Below, in pieces: positions 1 through 10,757 of a stretch of 32,000 nucleotides of DNA. The notes under the pieces are model-generated. The model saw nothing but the letters and a program-made list of their open reading frames with translations, made no database searches and had not been told where the DNA came from. The number at the start of each line of letters is the position of its first letter. Position 1 is the first letter of the stretch. The position numbers were made by a program, and so were the translations under genes. Source of the DNA: Desulfobulbaceae bacterium (GTDB lineage: Bacteria > Desulfobacterota > Desulfobulbia > Desulfobulbales > VMSU01). Location: NCBI GenBank assembly GCA_028718985.1, contig JAQUKQ010000006.1:10061-42060 (forward strand), given 5' to 3'.

Positions 1-1
1 G

Positions 2-181
2 GAGAAGATACAGGAACTCTATGGGAATAACGTCTGTGCGCCGATCCGCTATAATGTCAGACTGTCTGAGGCCCCGGCCTATGGGCAGAGCATCTATGAG
101 TTCGCCCCAGGTTCGCCGGGGGCGAGTGACTACCGTGAACTGGTGCGGAAGGTCGCTAATAATAACAAATTGTTCCGTTAA
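2..181 (+). CDS. ParA/Soj-family ATPase, C-terminal fragment (5' truncated by window edge)
   Basis: Frame 2 reads EKIQELYGNNVCAPIRYNVRLSEAPAYGQSIYEFAPGSPGASDYRELVRKVANNNKLFR*, matching the ParA/Soj C-terminal 'I.RNVRLSEAPS.G' signature. The supplied ORF track missed it because no start codon lies in the window; the 21..227 ORF is in a different frame. Confidence 0.88.
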   Translation, partial: EKIQELYGNNVCAPIRYNVRLSEAPAYGQSIYEFAPGSPGASDYRELVRKVANNNKLFR

Positions 182-234
182 TGGAAGGGGTAGGGCGTGG
201 TGGTCTGCGTCTCCCATGGTTTGGTGAAAAATAA

Positions 235-2181
235 GTGAAGTGTGTTCGTTGTAACACTGAAAATCGAAGGGCAAACGCTCATTGTGAGAAATGCGGAGCG
301 CCGTTACAGTTTAAACGGCGCTCCGATTTTTTTCGTACCCGTAAAATTACGATTATTCTCGCTGTGTTTCTTGTTTGGCTGTGTTCCTTTGTGCTGATGT
401 TCCGTGAGTCGCTTTTCCCCGGTTCTGTGGAGAGAGCTACGCTCTCTGCGGAACAACGCCAAGCGATTAACGACAGGAACTCGGCCAAGCGCAAGGAGAT
501 GAGTGCCAAGTTGCAGGAGGTTATGGCCGCAGCGGAAAAACAGGCGGCGACGGGGAAGGGTCAAGCCGAAAAAGTGCCAGCCGCTGATGAAAAGCCGCTT
601 GAGCCACAAGTTGCCTCTGTATTGCGTGCCGGCTGGGTGTCTATTGCCGACCCGTGGGGACATTTGGTGGCCAGGACCCGTGCTGCCCTGATCAAGGGAA
701 GTTGGTTGGCTTTGCCGACACGGACGGCCTATGCCGGTTACCAGTGGACTTTCTCAAGGGATAGTGGGGTCGTGAATGAGATCGATTCTGGTGTCTGGAG
801 GCCTGGTGATGCAGTTGGGCTTTGGCACCTTAGCGCCAGCACCTCGGCGGCGGATGGTTTGTCCCTCTCTCCTTGGAGTTCTGGGGAGCCGTTACTCTGG
901 ATGAGTCTTGACTCTCAGCGTGAAATTTCCGACATTCGATTGGTGCCGGGGCTACGTCAGGGGGATTTTGTTGCCTGTTCCCCTCCAGAGGGGATCGATG
1001 AAAATGGTGTTTTTCTGCAAGGATCAAATATCGTCGGCTGGTCTTTTGGCCCCTGGCTTAGCAGTGTTTATTTGTGGGGTGGAAAGAGTGAGGCAGAGCT
1101 TGAGCCGATGACTAACGTTCACTCTTTTTACGCGGCGACCTTTGCTAAGGGGCGGGAGGAGAAGTTTGCAGGAGCGCTTGCCCTTAAGGAAGAACACACC
1201 GATCTGGAGCGTTTGGCTGCGTTGCTTGCAGGGTTTGCCGAGAGGCCGAAATTGGCTTTGGAGGATACGCCGCAGTATCTTACGCCAGGTGAGGTCGTCA
1301 AACAGATTCGTCAACTCGTTACGCAGCTTTTGCGGAGCGGACAAGGCGCCCAGCTTGTGGGGCTTTTGGATGATGGCGTTCTTCTTGCGATTGGCGACTT
1401 GAAATTGCTTCTGGATATTGTGCCTGCCATTACCGCCAATCAAGGCTTCGAACCCGCTATTCAAAAAATCGAGAGTGTCGGACGTCAGCTGGTTGAAAGG
1501 GGCGGCGTTGATGTCCCGGCTGTCAATGAGGTTCATCTCAAGCTCTATCAAGAGTGGCTGCAGTCTCTGGTGACGGTGAAGGCGGTGAGTGAGGCGGTTA
1601 CGGTTTTGATGACGGCAAAGGCCTTTTACCCTAACGACCCGTATCTCCATCTCCTGGCGGTGGAGTTGGCACTCTTACAGAATGATTGGCAAGAAGCGGA
1701 GAGGCTTTTGGCCATGATGCAGTATCCTGCCAGGTTTCGAGATCGCTACGAGTTGTTGTCGCGCCGCATTTCGGAAATGAAGGGCGATGAAGGTACCATT
1801 GTGATTCGTTTTCAGCCGGGTGGAAGTCGTATCCCCTTGGCTGCAGGCTTAAATCAAGCCCTGCGCCAAAATTTTATTGTGGACACTGGTGCGTCGATGG
1901 TGACGATCCCTTCTGCTACGGCGGAATCCTTGAATCTGCAGATGGTGCAGGGACATCACGGCGGCAGGCGAACGGTGTCGACTGCCGGGGGCATGGTCGA
2001 TGCCTACGAGGTGTTGATTGAGAGCGTCGAGATCAATGGCTGGGTCGAGCACAATGTCGGTGCTTTGGTAATGGATATTCCCGGTCAGCCGGGTGTGGGG
2101 CTGCTCGGACTGAATTATCTCGATCGGTTCAAGGTGAGCTTAAATAGTAACGAAGGGAAACTGACCTTACGCCCCAAGTGA
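235..2181 (+). CDS. Membrane-anchored protein with N-terminal zinc ribbon and C-terminal retropepsin-like (clan AA) aspartic protease domain
   Basis: GTG start; N-terminal CxxC..CxxC zinc ribbon (MKCVRCNTENRRANAHCEKCGAP), one hydrophobic segment (IITIILAVFLVWLCSFVLMF), long middle region, then 'NFIVDTGASMVTIPSATAESLNL...GLLGLNYLDRFKVSLN' typical of bacterial single-domain aspartic proteases. Confidence 0.85.
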   Translation: MKCVRCNTENRRANAHCEKCGAPLQFKRRSDFFRTRKITIILAVFLVWLCSFVLMFRESLFPGSVERATLSAEQRQAINDRNSAKRKEMSAKLQEVMAAAEKQAATGKGQAEKVPAADEKPLEPQVASVLRAGWVSIADPWGHLVARTRAALIKGSWLALPTRTAYAGYQWTFSRDSGVVNEIDSGVWRPGDAVGLWHLSASTSAADGLSLSPWSSGEPLLWMSLDSQREISDIRLVPGLRQGDFVACSPPEGIDENGVFLQGSNIVGWSFGPWLSSVYLWGGKSEAELEPMTNVHSFYAATFAKGREEKFAGALALKEEHTDLERLAALLAGFAERPKLALEDTPQYLTPGEVVKQIRQLVTQLLRSGQGAQLVGLLDDGVLLAIGDLKLLLDIVPAITANQGFEPAIQKIESVGRQLVERGGVDVPAVNEVHLKLYQEWLQSLVTVKAVSEAVTVLMTAKAFYPNDPYLHLLAVELALLQNDWQEAERLLAMMQYPARFRDRYELLSRRISEMKGDEGTIVIRFQPGGSRIPLAAGLNQALRQNFIVDTGASMVTIPSATAESLNLQMVQGHHGGRRTVSTAGGMVDAYEVLIESVEINGWVEHNVGALVMDIPGQPGVGLLGLNYLDRFKVSLNSNEGKLTLRPK

Positions 2182-2838
2182 TGACGCACTGTGTACGGTT
2201 ATTCCATGAGGGCCTTCATGGAGAGTCAGGTGGTAGAAGGCAAGGGATTTAAACAGGGGGCGGCCGAAGTAGAGGAGCTCTTCCGCAACACTCAGTCGGC
2301 GGAGTTGGATGGCCCGTTGGCGGATTTTCAGGTCAAGAGAGACGATTCGGCCAATTTCCGTCTGTGTTGTTGAGTTGCAGGTTGTTATGAATTCTGCGGC
2401 GAGAGCGGCGATTTTGGCAAACTCACAATGCTCTTCTTGGATGGTGATCAACTCCCAAAGATCGTCATTGGCAGGAATGATATCGTGACGGCTCAGGCAG
2501 TGTTGGTAGATGACTTGGGTAAGATCCGCCGTTTCCCAGCACTTTAGTAAACGGCACTCCAGCGGACGGTTGGCGTAGATTCCGCAGAGATTCTGAGCCT
2601 GATCGAAAAAATGACAGGTCCAGGAGTCGTCTTGGCCTGCCAGTTTGATCAGTTCGGAGCGAGAGGGCTCGATCGTGTTAACAAGTGGTGAGAACACTGG
2701 TTCGCCTGCCCGGATGGTGATCAGATCAGGTATGGTAAGATGCCGGCCATCGATAAGTGGCAGATCTTCGGTGTGTAGGGCTGGTCCTCCTTTGCTGCAA
2801 CACGTTCCGCAACGCTTGCAGGATCTCATTCTGCTCAT
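2167..2838 (-). CDS. YkgJ-type cysteine cluster (zinc/iron-chelating) protein
   Basis: N-terminal CKRCGTCC plus downstream CHFFD....CGIYANRPLECR...C pattern characteristic of the YkgJ/UPF0153 family. Confidence 0.85.
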   Translation of the reverse strand: MSRMRSCKRCGTCCSKGGPALHTEDLPLIDGRHLTIPDLITIRAGEPVFSPLVNTIEPSRSELIKLAGQDDSWTCHFFDQAQNLCGIYANRPLECRLLKCWETADLTQVIYQHCLSRHDIIPANDDLWELITIQEEHCEFAKIAALAAEFITTCNSTTQTEIGRIVSLDLKIRQRAIQLRRLSVAEELLYFGRPLFKSLAFYHLTLHEGPHGITVHSASSLGA

Positions 2839-2912
2839 CGCTTTCTATCTTCCTGAAAATCTAGTTGTGTGCCGTGGCGGATAACTGACTGGCCGTGCTG
2901 CTGGCCAGTTCC

Positions 2913-3662
2913 TTAATTTCCACAAACAGGGCAACGCTGCAAGCGTTGGATCTTCTCTAATCCGCAGGCCTCAAGCAAGGCCTCGTCTCTAAAGATAGCT
3001 TCTGTTGGCCCGTCGGCGGCAATTTTTCCACGATGAAAAACGATTGTCCGTGTACAGAGATCCATCACCATGTCCAGATCGTGGGTGGCAATAATCTTTG
3101 TGTGTTGGAATGATTTCAGGAGATTGATCAATCGGCGGCGGGCGGCGGGGTCGAGGTTCGAACTTGGTTCGTCCATGACAAGGATATCCGGCGACATGGC
3201 TAGCACTGTTGCGATTGCCACGGCACGTTTTTCGCCACCGGAAAGATGATAGGGCGGTCGATTATGCAGGGCGGAGGCTCCAACCCGTTCCAGGGCTGCT
3301 TTGACCCGGGACTCGACTTCGTCAGCAGGCAAACCGAGGTTTAAGGGGCCAAAGGCGACATCTTCGTGTACTGTCGGCATGAAAAGTTGGTCGTCCGGGT
3401 CCTGGAAGACCATGCCTACCGTTCGGCGGATCTCTTGTAATGTCTCTTTGGTCAGTGGGTAGTCTCCGATTCGCACCGTCCCGTGCTGGGGGGTCAGATA
3501 GCCATTTAAGTGGAGCAATAGGGTAGATTTCCCTGCGCCGTTGGCACCTACGATTGCCACCGATTCACCATGCGTGATGCGGAAGGAGAGCCCTTTAAGG
3601 GCCTTGGTGCTATCCGGGTAGCTATAGCGGAGATCGACGACTTCGACAATATGATGACTCAT
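2913..3662 (-). CDS. cbiO: Energy-coupling factor transporter ATPase (CbiO-like)
   Basis: Walker [10 protein letters not shown], signature [12 protein letters not shown], Walker [13 protein letters not shown]; overall CbiO/EcfA-like sequence. Substrate is not determinable from the ATPase. Confidence 0.88.
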   Translation of the reverse strand: MSHHIVEVVDLRYSYPDSTKALKGLSFRITHGESVAIVGANGAGKSTLLLHLNGYLTPQHGTVRIGDYPLTKETLQEIRRTVGMVFQDPDDQLFMPTVHEDVAFGPLNLGLPADEVESRVKAALERVGASALHNRPPYHLSGGEKRAVAIATVLAMSPDILVMDEPSSNLDPAARRRLINLLKSFQHTKIIATHDLDMVMDLCTRTIVFHRGKIAADGPTEAIFRDEALLEACGLEKIQRLQRCPVCGN

Positions 3663-4471
3663 GACATGACCTGTGTTAGCAGTGTGCCCAATAATTGCGG
3701 CAGATTATAGCTTCGCATGATTGCAAAGACGGCTACCCACCCCAGGGTGAACAAGATGTCGGGTAAGCTAATGCGTGAGGGGCGGAGCACTCTTACCTCG
3801 CCGTCAAAACCACGGCTCAGCATTGCCCGATGAACCCGCTGGGCTCGATCGAGTGTCCTGAGCAGGAGATGGCCCACGACCGAGGCAAATACCTTCATGC
3901 CAAGCCCCCGTTTGCCGAAGGAGCGCAACGCCCTGGCTCGGAAAAGCCGCATGGCTTCACCCCCCAGAACGAAAATATAGCGGTAGAGAAAGAGGAGTTG
4001 CACAGTAAGCACCTTCGGTAATCCTAAGCGCAGCAAGGCAAGACACAAGCCATGGAAGCTGGTGGTGGCTATCAGCAGAAAGGCGGTGCTGATGGTCAAG
4101 CAAAAACGCAACAGGATCGACAAAAACGAAATCCAGCCGCCGCTGATGGGCAACGTCCCAAGGTGGATCAGGATCTCTCGGTCGAGGAAGGGGTTGAATA
4201 TGCCTACCATGACGGCAAAGGGGGAGACAATGATGACTTTACGGACAATGAATCCTACCGGGAGTTGGCCTAAGGTGATCAGTACGACTGGATAGAGAAA
4301 AAAAGGCAAGAGTGCTGAAACCTCGTACTTGGGAAAGGAGACTACCGCCAGCAAGAACGCCATCGAGGTCAGGAGTTTGGCCCGTGGGTCTAGTCGGTGA
4401 ATGGCTGTATGTTGTTGGGCTAACTGGTCAAGCCGTCCGATATCAAAGAAAGAGGTGTCAATCTTGGCCAT
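3659..4471 (-). CDS. cbiQ: Energy-coupling factor transporter transmembrane protein (CbiQ/EcfT-like)
   Basis: Multi-TM protein with LDPRAKLL near the N-terminus and coupling-helix-like ALLRLGLPKV and RAMLSRGFDGEV segments; overlaps cbiO by 4 nt. Start placed at MAKIDTSFF (4471) rather than the ORF-track start at 4726. Confidence 0.85.
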   Translation of the reverse strand: MAKIDTSFFDIGRLDQLAQQHTAIHRLDPRAKLLTSMAFLLAVVSFPKYEVSALLPFFLYPVVLITLGQLPVGFIVRKVIIVSPFAVMVGIFNPFLDREILIHLGTLPISGGWISFLSILLRFCLTISTAFLLIATTSFHGLCLALLRLGLPKVLTVQLLFLYRYIFVLGGEAMRLFRARALRSFGKRGLGMKVFASVVGHLLLRTLDRAQRVHRAMLSRGFDGEVRVLRPSRISLPDILFTLGWVAVFAIMRSYNLPQLLGTLLTQVMS

Positions 4472-4755
4472 GTCAGCGTTCGGGCGACCTTGAATCGATA
4501 AAGAATGGGGGCGCGTGGGACAGGGTGTGAGGCGGCTACTTGTCCCGTACGTGGTGAGGGTGTATCGATGATTCGACAAACGCGCATACAATAAACCGAT
4601 CGGCGCATAAAGACAACACCATTTTCTTGGAATCGTACTATCGGTGGGCTTGGTGAAGTGTGGGTGCCGCCCGAGGTTGCGTGCCCCTTTGCTCGGATGG
4701 ACATAATTATATACCAAAAAGGCCATCTTTCTGTTATTTTAATCGAGTTTTATGA

Positions 4756-4784
4756 TTGACAGGCGCGGGTGCAGCCCTTAATTT
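4756..4784 (+). promoter_or_regulatory. Putative sigma70-type promoter for the tig-clpP-clpX-lon operon
   Basis: TTGACA (4756-4761), 17-nt spacer, TAATTT (4779-4784), about 125 nt upstream of the tig start. The -35 is perfect and the -10 is weak. Confidence 0.4.
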
Positions 4785-4908
4785 TGTTGGCGTTGTTGAA
4801 GGGTAAATTGGCACCGTCGTTAGACGGCATTCAGGTTGTCGGCAAAGAGGGAGAGGTCTCCTTGCCCAATATATTCAATTAATTTTTACTCAGAAAAGGA
4901 AGGTTTTA

Positions 4909-6225
4909 ATGGAAGTCGCGGTCGAAGATCTCAGCACACTCAGAAAGTCGTTGAAGGTAAGCTTGTCGAGCGATGTCGTTGCCCCTAAGCTTGGCGCCTC
5001 GTATCAAAAATTACAAAACCAGGTCGCGATCAAGGGTTTCCGCAAGGGCAAAGTTCCTATGAAAGTCCTTGAAAAGGGTTATAAAGATCGAGTGCAGGCT
5101 GAAGTGAGTGAGGCTCTGATTCAGGAAACCTATTTTGATGCCTTGGCGCAGGTTAAGCTTGAGGCCGTAGTGCACCCAGACATCAGGTCTTTCGACTTCC
5201 CCGAGGATGGTTCTTTTGTGTATGTTGCTGAAGTGGAGGTTAAACCGCAATTTGAACTTGGTGCCTACAAAGGGATCGAAATTGAGCATCCGGCCATAGA
5301 GGTAAGCGAGGAGGAGATCACCAAGTCTCTTGAGTTGACCAGACGGGAGATGGCCCCTCTGCAGTCGGTCACTGGTCGCGGGGTACAGAAAGATGATCTG
5401 ATTGTGCTCGATTTCCAGGGCTACGAGAATGGTAAAGAGTTGCAATACGTTGCTGGCAAGGACTCACCTGTCGATGTCGGTTCCGGTCGTAATGGCCAGG
5501 AGTTTGAAGGGGCGCTCTTGGGGTTGAAACTTGACGAGGAGACGCGGCGTGAAGTGCAGTTTCCGGCAGATTTCGCAAGCGCCATGCTGGCCGGCAAAAC
5601 GATAGAGTTTAAGATGACGGTAAAGAACATCAAAGAGCGGGTTCTGCCGGCCATTGATGATGATTTCGCCAAAGATGTCAGTGAGGATTTCGCAACGCTT
5701 GCCGATTTGACCTCAAGTATCAGCGAAAAAATCCGTAAAGAGAAAGAGAAGGCCATGGATGGTGACATTACCGATAAGCTGATGTTGAAGCTGGTCGATT
5801 CGCACACCTTTGAAGTGCCTGCCCGTTTGGTAGCCTATGAAATTGACTCCTTGGCTAAGGACTTTGAGACTAACCTGGAACGGCAGAATTTAAGTTTGGA
5901 GGCTATTGGTTTAAGCCGGGAGAAGCTGGCCGAAACCTATCGGGAAGCGGCAGAGCGTCGGGTTAAGGGTGACTTTATCCTGAAGAAGATCGCCGAGGTT
6001 GAGAATATCAAGCTTGCCAACGAAGATATTACTCAAGGATACAGCCGTATTGCTCAGCAGTATGGTATGAAAATCGATGAGGTGAAAGAGTACTTCAAAG
6101 GCCGTAACAACCTCATGCCTTTTATGAACGAGCTGTTAAATGAGAAAATATTGGGCTTTTTGCGCGATGCGACGATTGTTAAATTCGTGGCAGCTGAAGC
6201 CACGGAAGCTGGAGCCGAAGCATGA
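4909..6225 (+). CDS. tig: Trigger factor (peptidyl-prolyl isomerase chaperone)
   Basis: N-terminal ribosome-binding domain with KGFRKGKVP (GFRxGxxP motif), FKBP-like middle domain, C-terminal helical domain; RBS-like AAGGAAGG upstream; operon with clpP/clpX. Confidence 0.96.
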   Translation: MEVAVEDLSTLRKSLKVSLSSDVVAPKLGASYQKLQNQVAIKGFRKGKVPMKVLEKGYKDRVQAEVSEALIQETYFDALAQVKLEAVVHPDIRSFDFPEDGSFVYVAEVEVKPQFELGAYKGIEIEHPAIEVSEEEITKSLELTRREMAPLQSVTGRGVQKDDLIVLDFQGYENGKELQYVAGKDSPVDVGSGRNGQEFEGALLGLKLDEETRREVQFPADFASAMLAGKTIEFKMTVKNIKERVLPAIDDDFAKDVSEDFATLADLTSSISEKIRKEKEKAMDGDITDKLMLKLVDSHTFEVPARLVAYEIDSLAKDFETNLERQNLSLEAIGLSREKLAETYREAAERRVKGDFILKKIAEVENIKLANEDITQGYSRIAQQYGMKIDEVKEYFKGRNNLMPFMNELLNEKILGFLRDATIVKFVAAEATEAGAEA

Positions 6226-6821
6226 ACTTGATTCCGATGGTGGTGGAACAGAGTCCGCGTGGTGAGCGGGCCTATGACATCTACTCTAGACTGCTGAAGG
6301 AGAGGATTATCTTTCTCGGTACCGGGGTAAATGACGATGTCGCCAATGTGATTGTTGCCCAGCTGTTGTTTCTGGAGGCTGAAGACCCCGATAAGGACAT
6401 CACCTTCTATATCAACTCACCGGGCGGTGTTGTCACGGCAGGCATGGCGATTTACGATACGATGAATTATGTGAAGTGTGACATCGCGACCCTGTGCATG
6501 GGTCAGGCGGCCAGTATGGGTGCAGTGCTCCTTGCGGCAGGCACCAAGGGCAAGCGTTATGCCTTGCCCAATTCGCGGATCATGATTCACCAGCCTATGG
6601 GCGGGTTTCAAGGGCAGGCGACGGATATCGATATTCATGCCAGAGAGATTCTTCGCATGCGGCAGGATTTGAATAAGATTCTGGCTCAGCATACTGGTCA
6701 GAAGATTAGCCGAATCCAGCGAGATACCGAGCGGGACTTTTTCATGAGTTCTGCTGAGGCCAAGACCTATGGCTTGGTGGATAAAGTTTTGACCCGTCGC
6801 CAAAACCAGGAGGGAGAGTAA
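6222..6821 (+). CDS. clpP: ATP-dependent Clp protease proteolytic subunit
   Basis: Canonical ClpP: [12 protein letters not shown] (Ser), MIHQPMGG (His), [23 protein letters not shown]. Confidence 0.98.
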   Translation: MNLIPMVVEQSPRGERAYDIYSRLLKERIIFLGTGVNDDVANVIVAQLLFLEAEDPDKDITFYINSPGGVVTAGMAIYDTMNYVKCDIATLCMGQAASMGAVLLAAGTKGKRYALPNSRIMIHQPMGGFQGQATDIDIHAREILRMRQDLNKILAQHTGQKISRIQRDTERDFFMSSAEAKTYGLVDKVLTRRQNQEGE

Positions 6822-8074
6822 TGGCAAGACGTAAAAACGATGACCATGTGACCTGTTCTTTCTGTGGGAAAAAGCAAGACGAGGTTAAAAAACTCATTGC
6901 CGGTCCGAATGTTTTTATCTGCGACGAGTGTATCGAGCTGTGCAATGAAATCGTCCTGGAGGATACCGAGCACGTTGTTGATGGTGCTTCGACCGATATC
7001 AAACTGTTGAAACCGAAAGATATCAAGGCAAAGCTTGACGATTACGTCATTGCCCAAGATCACGCCAAACGGGTGCTGTCTGTCGCGGTGCATAATCACT
7101 ATAAAAGAATCAGCAGCACTCTTGAGGAAGAAAACCCCGTCGAGTTGCAAAAAAGTAACATCATTCTGATTGGTCCAACCGGCAGCGGGAAGACGTTACT
7201 TGCCCAGACCTTGGCCCGTATTCTGAACGTGCCGTTTGGCATGGCCGATGCCACCACCCTGACTGAAGCGGGATATGTTGGTGAGGATGTCGAAAATATC
7301 CTGGTGGGGCTGTTGCAGTCCGCCGATCAGGATGTCGAGCGTGCCTGTCGCGGCATTATCTATATTGATGAGATTGACAAAATTGCCCGTAAGTCGGATT
7401 CGGCCTCCATCACCCGTGACGTCTCTGGAGAGGGCGTGCAGCAGGCGCTTCTCAAGATTATCGAGGGGACGGTGGCTGCTATCCCACCCAAAGGTGGTCG
7501 AAAGCACCCCCAGCAAGAGTATGTTCGGCTCGATACCAGTAATATTCTCTTCATCTGTGGCGGCGCCTTTGTCGGTCTCGATAGTGTGATTAAAAAACGA
7601 ACGGGTACCAAGTCCATGGGCTTCGGTGCCAAGGTCGTGGGCGAGACAAAGAAAAAGATGGGCGAGATTCTGGCCATGGTACAACCGGAAGACTTGCTCC
7701 GTTTTGGCCTGATTCCTGAGTTCGTAGGGCGTTTGCCGGTCATTGCCACCATGAACGAGTTGGATGAGTCCGACTTGATCCGCATTTTGCGTGAGCCGAA
7801 GAATGCCCTGACCAAGCAGTACGAGAAGCTGTTCGAGTACGACCATATCCGTTTGCGATTCACAGAGGGTGCAGTGACCGCCATCGCGAAGGAGGCGGTG
7901 AAGCGCAAGTCCGGTGCACGTGGTCTACGTTCGGTGATGGAGGAGGCCATGCTAGAGGTGATGTATGATCTGCCCTCCCAGGAAAATGTTCGTGAGTGTG
8001 TGATCAGCGAGCAGGTCATTCTCAACGGTGACTATCCCGTCGTCCTTTATGAAAACGAGAAAAAAAGCGCTTGA
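6821..8074 (+). CDS. clpX: ATP-dependent Clp protease ATP-binding subunit ClpX
   Basis: N-terminal [16 protein letters not shown], Walker [23 protein letters not shown]-like sensor 2 region ([12 protein letters not shown]). Confidence 0.98.
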   Translation: MARRKNDDHVTCSFCGKKQDEVKKLIAGPNVFICDECIELCNEIVLEDTEHVVDGASTDIKLLKPKDIKAKLDDYVIAQDHAKRVLSVAVHNHYKRISSTLEEENPVELQKSNIILIGPTGSGKTLLAQTLARILNVPFGMADATTLTEAGYVGEDVENILVGLLQSADQDVERACRGIIYIDEIDKIARKSDSASITRDVSGEGVQQALLKIIEGTVAAIPPKGGRKHPQQEYVRLDTSNILFICGGAFVGLDSVIKKRTGTKSMGFGAKVVGETKKKMGEILAMVQPEDLLRFGLIPEFVGRLPVIATMNELDESDLIRILREPKNALTKQYEKLFEYDHIRLRFTEGAVTAIAKEAVKRKSGARGLRSVMEEAMLEVMYDLPSQENVRECVISEQVILNGDYPVVLYENEKKSA

Positions 8075-10524
8075 GCCAGGAAGTTATGACAGAAAAAAGC
8101 CCACCGATTCATAAAGTCTGCCCAATGATGCCGCTGCGGGATATCGTTATCTTTCCGCATATGGTGGCACCGTTGATAGTTGGTCGAGGCAAGTCCATTA
8201 AGGCGCTTGAGCATGCCATGGCCAATCGGGTTGAGATCTTTCTCTCTACGCAGCGCGATTCGGCGGTTGATGAACCTCTGGCCAAGGATGTCAATACCAT
8301 CGGTACGATTGCCAATGTTCTGCAATTGTTGAGATTGCCTGATGGCACCATCAAGGTGTTGGTGGAAGGAAAACAACGGGCTAAGATAATTGGTTTTGTC
8401 CGGAATCCGCATTTTTTTACGGTGCAGACTGAAGAGATGGAGGATGGCGGGCTTTGTGGCTATCACTCTGTCGCCTACCGTCGAGAGTTGCTGGCGATTT
8501 TCAAAGAGTACACCGCGAAAAATAAGAAAATTCCGGCCGAGGTCGTCAACTCTTTAGAGAAAATTTCTGATGCAACCAAGTTTGTCGATGTCCTCTCTTC
8601 TCATCTCCCAATCGGCACAGGAGAGAAACAGCAGATTCTTGCTGCTGTCTCTTTGGAAGAGCGTTTCCAAATGGTTCTTGGCATTATCCAACGCGAAATC
8701 GAAATTGACTCGTTGGAAGGGGATATACGATCCAAGGTCAAGAAGAAGATGGAGAAGAACCAGCGGGACTACTATCTGACCGAGCAGATCAAGGTCATCA
8801 AAAAGGAGATTGGTGACGGGCAGGCGGATGATCCCACCGACGAGATCAATGCCCTGGAGGCAGCGATTAAAAAGAAGAAGCTGCCGGCAGCGGCCAACGA
8901 CAAGGCCCTGCAGGAGTTGAAAAAACTGAAGATGATGCCCCCCTCATCGGCCGAGGCGACGGTTGTGCGCAACTATGTCGATTGCATTCTGAGCCTGCCG
9001 TGGAAGGTGAAGAGTGCCAGCCGCCTTAATATCAAAAAGGCCGAGGCGATCATGGAAGAGGATCATTTTGGTCTTGCTAAACCTAAAGAAAGGATCCTTG
9101 AGTATCTGGCCGTGCAGTCACAGGTCAAGAAGGTTAAAGGGCCAATTCTCTGCCTGGTTGGGCCGCCAGGTGTTGGCAAGACATCGTTATGTAAATCAGT
9201 CGCCCGGGCCATGAATCGTAAATTTGTCAGGCTTTCGCTTGGTGGTGTCCGCGATGAGGCCGAAATACGTGGGCATCGACGTACCTATATCGGTGCGATG
9301 CCGGGCAAGATCATTCAGTCCTTGCAGAAGGTTAAGGTTAATAATCCACTTTTCTGCCTCGATGAAGTCGATAAAATGAGTACCGATTTCCGGGGTGACC
9401 CATCGTCGGCACTTCTTGAGGTGTTGGATCCTGAGCAGAATGGCACTTTCAACGACCACTACCTCGATCTGGATTATGACCTGTCCGATGTCTTTTTTAT
9501 TACCACCGCCAATAACTTGCAATCGATCCCTGTGCCGCTGCAGGATCGGATGGAGATTATTCGGCTTGAGGGGTACACGGAAGAGGACAAGTTGATGATC
9601 GGCCAGGATTTCTTGGTGCGAAAGCAGATGGAAGCCAACGGGTTCAAGGAAGGAGAGGTGAATTTTAGTGCTGAGGGTATTCTTGAGATTGTGCGGCATT
9701 ATACCCGAGAAGCCGGGGTGCGGAGTCTGGAGCGCAGCATAGCAAGTGTCTACCGCAAAATCGCTCGAGAACGCCTAAAAAATAAGAAGGCAAAAATCGG
9801 CCGCGTTACCGGGGCGGCCATTCAGAAATATCTGGGCACGCCCAAGTATCGCTTTGGCTTGGCAGAGGAAAAGGATGCGGTGGGGCTGGCGACCGGCCTT
9901 GCCTGGACCGAGGTTGGCGGTGAGCTCCTACAAATCGAAACGGTATTGATGCCAGGGAGTGGCAAGTTAACCATTACTGGGAAACTTGGTGACGTCATGC
10001 AGGAGTCGGCACAGGCGGCGTTGAGTTATGTGCGCTCGCGTTCGGCAAGACTTGGTATTGCAACAGACTTTTACCAGAAGCTTGATATCCATGTTCATGT
10101 GCCGGAAGGAGCAATCCCTAAGGACGGGCCGTCTGCCGGTATCACCATGACGACCTCTATTGTCTCTGCCCTGCTCAAGGTGCCGGTGAAGAGAGACTTG
10201 GCCATGACCGGTGAGGTTACCTTGCGGGGGCGGGTTTTACCCATCGGGGGGTTGAATGAAAAGTTGCTTGCCGCAAAACGTGGGAACATCACTCATGTCC
10301 TGATACCCAAAGATAATGAAAGGAATCTTCGCGATGTCCCGGCAAAAATTTTACGAGGCCTCACCATCGAACTGGTTGATCATGTTGATGATGTTTTGAC
10401 CAAGGCGTTGATTCTTGCGGAAGGTGTCTCCTTGTTCAAGGAGTGCACCGATCCATTTTTCTGCCCGGACTCAATTTTGCACGGTGCGCCGGTTGTGCCG
10501 CCGGTTGCTAACTCGGCGCATTAA
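8071..10524 (+). CDS. lon: Lon protease (endopeptidase La)
   Basis: LON N-domain, Walker [10 protein letters not shown], proteolytic site [11 protein letters not shown]. The start is either TTG at 8071 (overlaps clpX stop) or ATG at 8086. Confidence 0.97.
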   Translation: MSQEVMTEKSPPIHKVCPMMPLRDIVIFPHMVAPLIVGRGKSIKALEHAMANRVEIFLSTQRDSAVDEPLAKDVNTIGTIANVLQLLRLPDGTIKVLVEGKQRAKIIGFVRNPHFFTVQTEEMEDGGLCGYHSVAYRRELLAIFKEYTAKNKKIPAEVVNSLEKISDATKFVDVLSSHLPIGTGEKQQILAAVSLEERFQMVLGIIQREIEIDSLEGDIRSKVKKKMEKNQRDYYLTEQIKVIKKEIGDGQADDPTDEINALEAAIKKKKLPAAANDKALQELKKLKMMPPSSAEATVVRNYVDCILSLPWKVKSASRLNIKKAEAIMEEDHFGLAKPKERILEYLAVQSQVKKVKGPILCLVGPPGVGKTSLCKSVARAMNRKFVRLSLGGVRDEAEIRGHRRTYIGAMPGKIIQSLQKVKVNNPLFCLDEVDKMSTDFRGDPSSALLEVLDPEQNGTFNDHYLDLDYDLSDVFFITTANNLQSIPVPLQDRMEIIRLEGYTEEDKLMIGQDFLVRKQMEANGFKEGEVNFSAEGILEIVRHYTREAGVRSLERSIASVYRKIARERLKNKKAKIGRVTGAAIQKYLGTPKYRFGLAEEKDAVGLATGLAWTEVGGELLQIETVLMPGSGKLTITGKLGDVMQESAQAALSYVRSRSARLGIATDFYQKLDIHVHVPEGAIPKDGPSAGITMTTSIVSALLKVPVKRDLAMTGEVTLRGRVLPIGGLNEKLLAAKRGNITHVLIPKDNERNLRDVPAKILRGLTIELVDHVDDVLTKALILAEGVSLFKECTDPFFCPDSILHGAPVVPPVANSAH

Positions 10525-10548
10525 TAGCCGTAAAACTGATTTTCTCCC

Positions 10549-10603
10549 CCTGCGACTTCGATAGTATCATTGTTCACCATCGAACCCTAAACGAAGTCGC
10601 AGG
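10549..10603. other. Inverted repeat/hairpin downstream of lon
   Basis: cctgcgacttcg (10549-10560) is perfectly complementary to cgaagtcgcagg (10592-10603); 31-nt loop, no T-tract. Confidence 0.6.
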
Positions 10604-10757
10604 ACTACTCCTTGCCACCTCATTTCCTCCCTCCGTCCTATTCTTTCTTCCTCCCGTATTTCTCCCTAACGTGCCTCTACGTTTTCTGGCCGGCTTATTG
10701 ACAAGGCTCTCTGGCGCAACATGACAGCGAGACAGCGTAACCTATTCTTGTAACATC

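Noticed and set aside
21-227. 68-aa plus-strand ORF in the track
   Set aside because: Different frame over the ParA C-terminal coding sequence (2..181); low-complexity shadow ORF.
4420-4726. ORFs upstream of cbiQ and the N-terminal extension of the 3659..4726 ORF
   Set aside because: The CbiQ-like sequence begins at MAKIDTSFF (4471); the extra residues have no recognisable family character. I also looked for a cobalamin riboswitch-like B12 box here and did not see one.
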